Shown piece by piece: positions 47,292 through 57,479 of a stretch of 64,000 nucleotides of DNA (position 1 is its first letter; each line of letters starts with the position of its first letter). Made by a program: the position numbers and the translations under genes. Origin of the DNA: Cirrosporium novae-zelandiae (lineage: Eukaryota); contig JAPETS010000006.1 in the NCBI GenBank assembly GCA_026023565.1, positions 682,001-746,000 on the forward strand, given 5' to 3'. The notes below the pieces were generated by a model. It did no database searches and was not told where the DNA came from. It worked only from the letters and a program-made list of their open reading frames with translations.

Positions 47292-48491
47292 TGTGTGTGA
47301 GTGAGTGGGTGCTGTTTTTCTGGGGTTTTTAGGGGAAGGGGAGGTTTGGGGCGGCTTGGAGAAGGGAGGAAGAAGAAGAAATGTGGAGGATAAATAGAAG
47401 GAGAGAGGGAGGGAGGTATGTGGATGATTGCAAATCATGCGTTTTTTTCCCCCCCATCATGTTATATGGGGTATACGACATGGCATAAGAAAGGTGGGAA
47501 TTTCCCAATATGTGACTATCTCCGTTGAATATTTTTTTTTTACTGGACCGAGGTCCTTTCTTTGTGGGTACCTTGATGATGTTAGCTGAAATGTATGATT
47601 AATAATTATTTTTTTCATTTTTTTGGATTTGTAATTGGGATATTGCGTATCAGCGACGGATGAATATATAAATATTATCAACTAAAATAGGAGAAGTAGG
47701 GAAATGCCTAATTAAGCAATGGTTGTCAGATTCATAATCATCTTTATGGTTGACCTCGGTTACATAGATGAGTCCAAGGATGAACTTTTTTTTTTTTGCC
47801 ATTTGGATATTCATTGCTATCTTATCGCACCGTACAAGTCAAATAGAGTTCGTCGTGGAGTTTTCTATACGAACAACATTAGACAGCATCAGAGCTGACA
47901 TGACAAATCTGTGAACGAGTTAATGTCTTGTTAGGATTGGTAGACTGGACTTTGCAACCAACCCCATAAAGTACTTCCAATCAACCAGGTCTCATTAATG
48001 GTCTCATAAGCCCAAGGAACGACTTGAATCCTCCCACAATCACGTATATTCCTGTGGGCTGTAGTATTGATTATGCATTCCTGTTCTTGTCTTCCAGAAA
48101 GTAGAACCAGGCTCATCCCTGCCCATGAGAGTACCAATGTGTACTTTGACTTCTGGGTCCCATCTGCAGCGTACAACCAATTCGCCAAACTTGAAGAGAA
48201 GCCAAACCTTGTGCTCCAGGGAGGACAGACTTGACAATGACCATCACTGGAAGAAAACGTAAAGCATCATGTTCATGATTTCAAGTTGATATCCCAAATA
48301 CTCTCAAGAAGAGCCACCTCATACCTGCTGTCGGAATGCCTCCCAATACCTATCGAAAGCACCCACAATAGCCTAGGATCCTCGTATAGTTATAGTAAAA
48401 CAGCAGCCTTCCACCACTCTTTGACTGAAACGAAGAAGCAAAATGTATCCCTAGTGGCAGGCGCCTGTATACACCTGTAAGGAGATGCTGC

Positions 48492-49129
48492 TCACAGCAG
48501 CTCAAAGTCGTCCAGGTTGTCCCGATATTTGAGAATATTCCTCTTGATCTTGCTACTGTCTACCCATGTAACAAAGTCCTCCATATTTCTGGTGACTAGA
48601 AATGCTGGATCTGTGACAACTTCAGGACCGACTCGGACATGTCCCTGCTCTATAAACTTTATGGCCTGGTTGAAGTAGCAAATGTTAGCAATGAATGAAG
48701 CGCAATAGGATGGCAATAGCTTACCGTTTGTACGGTCTGTACCATCCCAATCCTTGTCATTACAACTCCTAACCTTCTTCTGGCAAATGCGCTAACACCT
48801 AACTTCCGCTCCACCTCACTGAGCTTGGCTTTTCCTCCTTCACCTCCCTCCTCTCCGCCGGCTCTCCCCAGAAGTCCCATATCCCATAGTTTGTCAAGCA
48901 TAAGTGTCTCGAACTTGGCTCTTACAGGATCTGCTGGGTCTAGCGCAGCAAGTCTGTGAGCAAGTTGCTTCAAGTTTCCGCATATGCGATTATAGGCAGA
49001 GTAATCGTTCGGATTTTGTATAACATAGCGGCGATTGACAGAGTGAGCACGGTGGTCTGCAGTGTCATTACCGATGAAGTCAACCTTGCGGAGGAGCTTC
49101 TGCTCATGGTACTTGAGCTTGCGCACCAT
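48492..49129 (-). CDS. IMP3: U3 snoRNP protein Imp3 (S4-like)
   Basis: 2 exons (49129-48725, 48665-48492). [18 protein letters not shown] and [33 protein letters not shown] motifs. Confidence 0.96.
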
Positions 49130-49563
49130 GGTGAGAAGTGAATGGAAAGAATAATATTATGAAAAGCTATTTCTGATAAGTGAGAAGCTTTGAAGTTTCA
49201 TTGTAAAAGTTTACGATGCTTTCTTAGTATTAGGTAATCATGTAAACCAAAATGGTTTAAGGTGTATATCCGGAGCTTCGGGTTTCTAGGGCATTCCTAA
49301 GCACGTGAAATAAGATAAGAATAAAGGCAGAAAGAGCAAAACACAAAAGAGATGTCAACTCAACTTTAGTATTCATAAAGTTGTACCAAATAATGAGCAA
49401 TATGATAACCAAACATTCCAAGACCTTGCCAATACCAATACCAAATACCAAAGGATCAAAGCGGGGGGTGACTTGATTTGATTCACTGATTAGATACCTG
49501 GCAATGCAGGTCAGGCAAGTAGGCTGGCAGATAATAATACTGGCAATGCAGTGAACTGAGGGC

Positions 49564-49602
49564 CTCACTCCTCACTCCTCACTCCTCACTCCTCACTCCT
49601 CA
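49564..49602. repeat. 7-bp tandem repeat (CTCACTC)x5.5
   Basis: Read directly in the IMP3/unknown-gene divergent spacer. Confidence 0.9.
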
Positions 49603-50139
49603 GTCGACCTCAATTTCTAATTCACAATTTCTACTCATTCCCACTGATAAGAGCAAGACAAGAAAAATAATAAAGCACCATGGTCTCTGCTTTCGACACC
49701 TAAGCCATCCAAGAAAGAATCCCTTTAACACGTGCTTCATTCCCATTTAAGGAATTCCCTCTTCTTTGTTTCATCAATATCTCACATTCGCTCAAGTGTG
49801 GCATTGCCATCAACGGCTTCAACAGCCTTTGTCTATCAGCTACTACAAACTTATTACCAACAATCTCACCTCAGGACAATACAACTCCATGACCTTGCTA
49901 ATACTCTAAGACTTCTCTTGACCTCAAACATCCCTCCATCTTAAATATTTACGCTTCATTCACTATGCCCGCCTCCTAATTATCTGAAGTTAGCTTGGAG
50001 CTGGACTCAAGACACTCAGTCTCTCCTTGGCGATATTTCGCTTCTTTCTAATTATTTCCCCTTCCATCTGCAGACGTTATCGACAACTCAAACCGATATC
50101 CCACCTGGAACTCGCTTTGAAATAGTCCTGAACGTCGCC

Positions 50140-51300
50140 ATGGGGAATACAGAACTGTATATTCCAACTTCTCCTTCAACTTTAAGTATCAGCAATACTC
50201 CACCCTCTCCCATCACTGTGAAGTCTATTATTCGACTCCAGTCATCTCGACCTCTGTCCAAGCTCAAGAAATGCACAGATAGCCCCAATTTAACGCTACC
50301 AAATATCCGGCCCTGGCTGTGGACTTGCCATGTCTGCTCCCGTCGCTATCCTGTTAGTGTCACTCGCCGTTGTCTCAATGACGGCCACCAGTACTGTTTT
50401 GGAGTCACTAAGCACGTGCGGTATGGCACCCTATTTCACGATCGATGCATAACAGTCTTTGACTACTGTGGATGGCAACTGTGGGGTAATATGAAGAGAG
50501 CAGTATCTGAATTCTATATTGACGAAGGTCAAAAGCACTGCTGGGACAACTGTGACTATCCTAGCGAGTGCAGGCGTAGAGTTACATGGCATTGTAATCC
50601 CGCAGGCTTGGATGCAAATATGTTGGAGATGGGACCCCTTTTACGAGAATCTGAGGCAAGCAAGGAGGAGGAAATCTTCCCATCCGACTCAGAACCTGAA
50701 ACAAGTGATAACGAGATGCAACTTGATGATGATAGCGATTCTGGCACTGGGGCTGATATCGAAAGCGATCCTAAATACCCAGAAATGGAAACAGAGAGCA
50801 AGATGGTCTATCCGGTTACTACGCCAAACGAGCTCGCTACGTACGAAACCTCTTCTACCAGTTCCACTTCACCAATTAGCTATATCTCGCCCATTGGCCC
50901 TGGTTCCTCCAGCAGCCCAACCTCCCTAGCTAGCGATTTCTCACCAACCTGCCCCATCGACCCAACTTCACTCACAACCACCATGATCTCAACTCCTCCC
51001 ATGTGCCTAAGAGAACAAATCCTCATCACCTCAGTCGCAATAAACACTCTCGACCTCTCCACCCCACCTCTTAGTCCCTCCCCCTTGACACCTCACGCCA
51101 TAACTACACCCACAACCATTGATACGCCCCGCTTACGCCGTGCATCCTCCACTGGCCCAAATCTCTTCCTCGAAAAAATCACCCGAGCTGCTGAGAGACG
51201 ATCGAAATCATTCAAGACCTTGTTATCGCCTGTGGATGAAGATAGTGATGCTGGGAGAAAGTTGAGTCTCGTTGCTGCCAAGGTTGATATGGCCCCTTGA
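50140..51300 (+). CDS. Uncharacterised fungal protein with a Cys/His-rich (putative Zn-binding) domain and an S/T/P-rich tail; start uncertain
   Basis: 386-aa ORF containing WTCHVC...RRCLNDGHQYC...C...FDYCGW...CWDNCDYPSEC. The frame stays open upstream to 49945. Confidence 0.65.
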   Translation: MGNTELYIPTSPSTLSISNTPPSPITVKSIIRLQSSRPLSKLKKCTDSPNLTLPNIRPWLWTCHVCSRRYPVSVTRRCLNDGHQYCFGVTKHVRYGTLFHDRCITVFDYCGWQLWGNMKRAVSEFYIDEGQKHCWDNCDYPSECRRRVTWHCNPAGLDANMLEMGPLLRESEASKEEEIFPSDSEPETSDNEMQLDDDSDSGTGADIESDPKYPEMETESKMVYPVTTPNELATYETSSTSSTSPISYISPIGPGSSSSPTSLASDFSPTCPIDPTSLTTTMISTPPMCLREQILITSVAINTLDLSTPPLSPSPLTPHAITTPTTIDTPRLRRASSTGPNLFLEKITRAAERRSKSFKTLLSPVDEDSDAGRKLSLVAAKVDMAP

Positions 51301-52325
51301 GGATTTGATATAGACCGCGAAGCTAGTACAGTGAGAGTTTTATAAAGAACTAGCCTATATATGCGCTTGTGCTTATGGACAACTTGGTGAGAAGTGTCTA
51401 CTATACGTGGTATCCTTGGCAAGGATACAAAAGACCTCAACACTATCAACAAATATGAACGAAATGGACATTATACAGAATCTTATGGCGGATACGACAT
51501 ATGGAATACAGATATGGATACAGATACGGACATGGATCCGGATACGAATATGGATACAACAAACTGTTGTTGTTGTCGTTGTTTGTCATTGGACATGGAA
51601 AAGCCCCTCTTCCCCCCCCCCTTTTTTTCTCCTACAAGACTGGCAGGACAGCGCGGGGCGGGCTAGAGGGAAGGGCAAAGGGTAGTTATAAGATACTTCC
51701 CGCGAATCCAAATCCAAATCCAAATGAAACATACTCAAAAAAATGAAAAATAGAAAAATTAAATGAAAAATTAAATAAAACAGTTTACTTAAGATTCAAT
51801 TATATTCTGAAAGGCTCTCGTAGAGGATGTGCATCTTATTTATATATATATCTGCCTTGAATTTTTCGGCTTCAATTCTGCTTCTAGTGTACAGTAGTTC
51901 TGCAGAGGTATTGGCTATTGGATAACCCCCCTATTTTCCCCTTTAGGCCTTCGGAATCTAAACCCCCCCCTATTCAAGACTGGATGTTTGTAGGCCACAC
52001 AGGATTGGGAGTTCCCTGTTCCTGTTCCTGTGTACGCCCCTGATGTGGTAAGCTAAGCTTTAGGATATGTGTCCGTCCCGTCCGTCCCGTCCGTCCCTCA
52101 CTTATTCCCAATGGTAATAGTAATGGCCATATACTGTAGAAGAATAATCCCGATATCCAAGACCGCTTAGTCCGATGAGAATAGGAAGGATATGGAGACC
52201 AGCGTGGAGGACGGACGATCCCTGAGCTGAGCCACCATTATCCTATCCCCCCCACACCCCCTCATCCTCCTCATCTGTCTGAATCTAGACAAGTGGTGGT
52301 GGCGTGAGCATAGCAAGCGCCCCCC

Positions 52326-53546
52326 TCATCCCAAAACCCTAAGACCACCTCTCGTCTTCCCTTGCTTCTTCTGTATCCCACCTCCCTGTTTCCCATTCCC
52401 ATGTCCACCACCCCCACCCTTGCTCCCCTTTCCTTTCTTCTTATCCCCAGGCACAGTGGGTCGTATCTCCGTCGTGCTTCGCCTCAACAGTACCGGATGG
52501 CTGCCGATATACTTCCCCTGCATATCCCTAGCAGCCTGGAAATATTCTTCTCCGTCGCTGAAACTTACGAAGCCGTAGCCTTTGCTTTTGGTGGTGCGTT
52601 TGTCGCGCACGACTCGCGCCTTTTGGACGGAGCTGTATTTAGAAAAGGCTTTGAGGAGACTGTCGTCTGTGACTTCGCCGGCGAGATTGCCGACGAAGAG
52701 GCGGAAATGCGCGGGGTCCCATTCTAAGAGGGTTGTGTCGGTCCAGGTCTGACCGCCTCCGCTGCGCACGACTGTTTTTTTCTTGCCGTCGGTAACGATG
52801 TTAGCGACGCCGGTGTCTGTGTGGGCGGCGGATGCGAGATCGGCGCTACTCATGGCAGGGGCAGAGATGTCTGGGCGGGTTCCTAGAGGGCCGACGTTGG
52901 AGCCTGTGGCAGAGGCGGATCCTTCGTTGAAGTTGTAGCGGCGGTTGGTGGAGCTGTTGGTCGAGGCGCGGTTGTTGGGGTCGGTGGGGTCTTTTGACAT
53001 GTAGGCGCTCTGCCATTGGGCTATTTGCGCTTCCATCTCTGGATCGACAGCGTCGGGTCGGCTTCCTCTAGAGCCATTATAGTTGTTTGTAGAAGGAGGA
53101 GGGAAGGGATTCCGGATTTGAGGAGGTGAGTATTGAGCTTGGTATGCGGCATCTTGGCCGTAGTAGGAGTTTGTTTGTTGATACGAGGGTTGGGCTGTGT
53201 ATGCTTGAGATTGATAGGTTTGAGGAGCCGAGAAACCTGTTGGAGGTGCAGGAGGGGCCGACACAACAGGACTCTGAGTCCTATATGATGACTGCGATGC
53301 TACGGATCGAGGAGCGAAGGATGTAAAGGCATTGTAGTTAGCTCCGCTACCTTTGGAGGTAGCATTGTAGTTAGAGGTGCCCGGAGCACCGGCAGAAAAA
53401 GAAGGAGCATTGCTGTACGCGGGTTTGAAGGATGGCGGAGGGCCAGCAGGTGGAGGAGGTCGGGCTGGCAATGAAGGATGAGGTTGAGGGGTGGAAGTCG
53501 AGGATGAATGGGCGGACTTAAGACCTGGAGGTGGCGGAAAGGCCAT
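52326..53546 (-). CDS. RBM42: RRM protein, RBM42 homolog (tri-snRNP associated)
   Basis: Intronless. VRSGGGQTWTDTTLLEWDPAHFRLFVGNLAGEV...KARVVRDKRTTKSKGYGFVSF...MQGKYIGSHPV is diagnostic of RBM42. Confidence 0.88.
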   Translation of the reverse strand: MAFPPPPGLKSAHSSSTSTPQPHPSLPARPPPPAGPPPSFKPAYSNAPSFSAGAPGTSNYNATSKGSGANYNAFTSFAPRSVASQSSYRTQSPVVSAPPAPPTGFSAPQTYQSQAYTAQPSYQQTNSYYGQDAAYQAQYSPPQIRNPFPPPSTNNYNGSRGSRPDAVDPEMEAQIAQWQSAYMSKDPTDPNNRASTNSSTNRRYNFNEGSASATGSNVGPLGTRPDISAPAMSSADLASAAHTDTGVANIVTDGKKKTVVRSGGGQTWTDTTLLEWDPAHFRLFVGNLAGEVTDDSLLKAFSKYSSVQKARVVRDKRTTKSKGYGFVSFSDGEEYFQAARDMQGKYIGSHPVLLRRSTTEIRPTVPGDKKKGKGSKGGGGGHGNGKQGGGIQKKQGKTRGGLRVLG

Positions 53547-54360
53547 TATGAACGGCAGTTCGGATATAGGCCTTTAGTACTGACTTGAAGACGTACCTCT
53601 AGAGCCAGGCAATCGCAAATCTGCTTTGACTAACCGTGGGCCTGTGATGTAACAAGCTGGAACGGATAGCTTGCTTGTTGTGGAGTGCCTCGGTGCCTTT
53701 GGGTTGCAGATACGAAACCAAAGAAAATAGCTCAAACAAGTCAAGGGTGGTGATCAATGGGGGGGGATCACAGGTAGTCAGAGATATTAGTGTACACATT
53801 CAGCAGGTTCGTAAGCATTCCAAATCTTTATTAAAATGGATTTGGGGAATACTAAGGTCGCTTGATATGGTTTGGTAATAGCTGGTATGTGTGTGTGTTG
53901 GTGTTTGGTGGTAGTTACAATGACTGTATTGTATGTATGTATGTAACATGTAACGTCAAATCTGATTAGCGTTTGAATACAAGGTTTCATGCTGAATAAG
54001 CAAAAGTACTTTTTCCCAAATTTCCCGCAAATGATTCCGTCATGGGTGACCCAGAGGGGGATTTCAATGATTCCAATGATTCCAATGATTCCACTACTTG
54101 GAGCTTTTCAGGTAACTTTGCCCGGGTTCGTGACCACAACTCGTCCGAAATAAACTGCCCCGCCCAGCCCAGAAGGTCCAGGTCTCTCATATCTGAGTAA
54201 CCACAAATATCATCACTACCCCCACTACTGCTAACTTATGAGAGAAGATTTCCATCCTCTCTTCTTGATTTCTAAATATCTCTCTCAAATCTTTTCATTC
54301 CACTTTATCATATCTATCAGTCAAATCATTCAAATACAATTCCAGAAATAATCCACAATC

Positions 54361-57026
54361 ATGGCAGACCATGCGTAAGTCCTTCCCATCTGTTGCTTGC
54401 CATCACCCCCACTATGTTTGTCAAAATCTACCTACCCCGTCTACCCCGTCTATCCCATCAATCTCGTTAAGCTGCAAATACCTATATTTAGAGTATTACA
54501 TGCTACTGTAAATAACGACAGCATCATCATCGAAGCTCCCCAATGTCGCCTCTAGATTGGAACGCATTGTCTTGCTCATACTTGCCTCCTTCAGTGCACG
54601 GCGTTTGGCCAACTTGAATGTCGGTGCTGCTCCGATTCAAGACGTCAATGGGTCGTGTCATCATTCCTGTGTTGAAATAAATAATCAGCATGGTATTATG
54701 GATGCTAATATATCTGGGTGTAGAGGATCCTGTGATTTCGGCCTCATTGGGCTGGCGGTGATGGGACAGAATCTGATCATGAATGGTAATCAATAAACCT
54801 CATTACAAGCGTGAACTTCTTTGCTGATACTAGGTTAGGTGCCGATCATGTAGGTATAAGACTATTCGCCCAATGCGATTGAGAATAGATATGATATCTG
54901 TCTTGTGGGCGACAACTTAGACTGATCAATACTGACCTCCATTAGGGATTCAAAGTGTGCGCTTTCAACCGAACTGTCTCAAAAGTTGATCGTTTCCTCG
55001 CAAATGAAGCACAGGGTACATAGATTTCTAATCAATTGAAGAAATAATACTAATTCTAAATAGGTAAATCAATTGTCGGCGCTCATTCGCTCGAAGAATT
55101 TGTATCCAACCTCAAGAAACCTAGAGTTGCTATGCTTCTTGTTCAGATAAGTCCTCTTTTCCAAGCAAGGATTTGCTGAGCATTGTATCTAACAAATCAT
55201 GCACGCTGGTCCCGCTGTAGATGGTATGTAACCTTATTAAACCCACGTATGGAGCCTTTCTCACTGGTTGTTATTGTAGCATTCATCGAGAAATTGGTCC
55301 CTCTTCTGGAAAAGGGTGACATCATAATAGACGGAGGAAACTCCCATTACCCGGACACCACACGGCGACAAAAATATCTGCAAGAGAAGGGTATCCTGTT
55401 TATTGGCACTGGTGTCTCCGGTGGTGAAGAAGGTGCTCGTTTTGGACCTTCCTTGATGCCCGGCGGTAATCCTGAGGCTTGGCCACGTGTCAAGGATATC
55501 TTTCAAAGTATGGCTGCCAAGAGTGACGGCGAACCCTGCTGTGACTGGGTCGGCGACGAGGGTGCTGGTCACTACGTGAAGATGGTGAGCAGACTTGTTT
55601 GTTGCTTTGAATGTTAAACGGAATACTAATTTTTACTTCAAAGGTACACAATGGAATCGAATATGGTGATATGCAATTGTACTTTTTTGAGCGTCTACGA
55701 ACGTCTATGAGATTAACTAATGATGTGTTAGGATCTCCGAAGCTTACGATATCATGAAGAGAGGTAGGTTATTCATCCAACAACCAGACAGCGAGCGAAA
55801 TAATCTAATACACCTATAGGCCTTGGAATGTCATACAAGGAAATGTCTGAAGTATTCGGGTAAGCTCTTACCTTTTTTTTACTGGCTTGGAGAACCCTCA
55901 ACTTACGGTCATTTTTCAATCCAGATCCTGGAACAAGGGCGTGCTTGACAGCTTTTTGATTGAAATCACCAGAGACGTTCTCGTAAGTTTTATGACAAAA
56001 TCTCCATGATTCGGCCCATCCTCACCATTTTTAGGCCTATGTTGATGAAGATGGAACTCCTCTGGTCGAGAAAATCTTGGACAAAGCTGGCCAGAAGGTA
56101 AGCACATTTGCGGTGGTACTCTCACACGCACATCAACTCACGATTATCAACAGGGAACCGGAAAGTGGACCGCCATTAATGCTCTCGATCTCGGCATGCC
56201 AGTTACTCTCGTCACCGAGGCCGTGTTTGCTAGATGTCTGAGCTCATTGAAAGATGAGAGAGGACGAGCGAGCACCCTTCTAAGTGGCCCCAAGCCCAAG
56301 TTCGAGGGTGACAAGAAGGAATTCTTGGCAAACCTCGAACAAGCGCTATATGCTTCCAAGATTATTTCTTATGCGCAAGGCTTTATGCTTATGCAGGATG
56401 TAGGATATGACCTTTATATCTCCTTAGTGGACATGTTCTAACAATATACGTATCAGGCTGCGAAGCAATACGGTTGGAAACTAAACAAGGTTAGTTCACA
56501 TTTACATGTTTGGCGCCTTAACTTTTGCTGATACAATTCAAACTCTAGCCATCTATTGCACTTATGTGGAGAGGCGGCTGCATTATCCGTTCAGTCTTCT
56601 TAAAGGATATCACCAACGCTTACCGCAAAGACCCCGAACTCGAGAACTTGCTCTTCAACGACTTCTTCAACAAAGCTATCCACAATGCCCAATCTGGCTG
56701 GAGATCCACGGTTGCATGGGCCACCATGAATGGCATTCCAACTCCGTAAGTTCAAAAAATCCATGCCACCCCATTCTACTTTCTTTTGAAACTCAACCTA
56801 ATAATTTTGTCCTAGCGCCTTCTCAACCGCCCTCTCATGGTTTGACGGGTACCGCGAGAAGGACCTCCCTGCCAACCTCCTCCAAGCGCAACGAGATTAC
56901 TTTGGTGCCCACACCTTCCGAATCAAGCCCGAATTCGCCAACGATAAATACAAGATCGGCGAGGATATCCACATTAACTGGACTGGTCGTGGTGGAAATG
57001 TCTCCGCCTCCACTTACCAAGCATAG
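54361..57026 (+). CDS. GND1: 6-phosphogluconate dehydrogenase, decarboxylating
   Basis: 16 core exons: 54361-54374, 54724-54785, 54839-54849, 54946-55015, 55064-55146, 55205-55223, 55280-55584, 55644-55678, 55732-55763, 55820-55859, 55925-55982, 56035-56097, 56154-56399, 56457-56489, 56549-56745, 56816-57026. Motifs [45 protein letters not shown] and QRDYFGAH. Intron 5 must be AT-AC to keep the conserved sequence. Confidence 0.96.
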
Positions 57027-57479
57027 ACGACAGACAAATGGAGCCTCAACACTGATATTGCTGTTGACTCGAACATGCCTGTCAAACATTCCAATAAGCC
57101 TTTTGTTTTCTTTTTGAATTGACAAAAAAAAGATGAGCGAATGTGTAAAGCTTGTTATGTGTGATTGAATGATGACTTGCTGATGATGATAATGATGTGT
57201 GTGACCCAACCGATCATTTATGATGATGATAGTGGTCTCCCGTCAATGGAACCAATGGTGGGGAGGAGGGCAACTGCAAATGCGAATTATTATCCATATC
57301 TAACTAGACCAACAAAACAAAGTGATCAATCACCCATGATAGAATCTCCGTGCTTGTTCTTGTTCTTCTTTTCCCTTTTTTCCTTCTCCAAGGAACTAAC
57401 CAACCCCCAAATATTGGTTCTAATTCTAACCCTAATACTTATATACTTACATACATGCATAAATAGTAGTAAGCATAAC

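Noticed and set aside
46128..47438. ORF-track 436-aa version of the MDR protein
   Set aside because: The first 49 aa are low-complexity UTR-like sequence and the ORF reads through a 63-nt intron; the start at 47291 fits the family better.
47930..48480. Short ORFs and a GTATGA...TTCCAG intron-like segment downstream of IMP3
   Set aside because: Multiple stops of all types and no recognisable protein; I could not build a consistent gene model.
57165..57235. Repeated ATGATGA (box C-like) motifs suggesting a C/D snoRNA
   Set aside because: They are part of a (TGA)n simple repeat in a 3' region, with no suitably placed box D or terminal stem.
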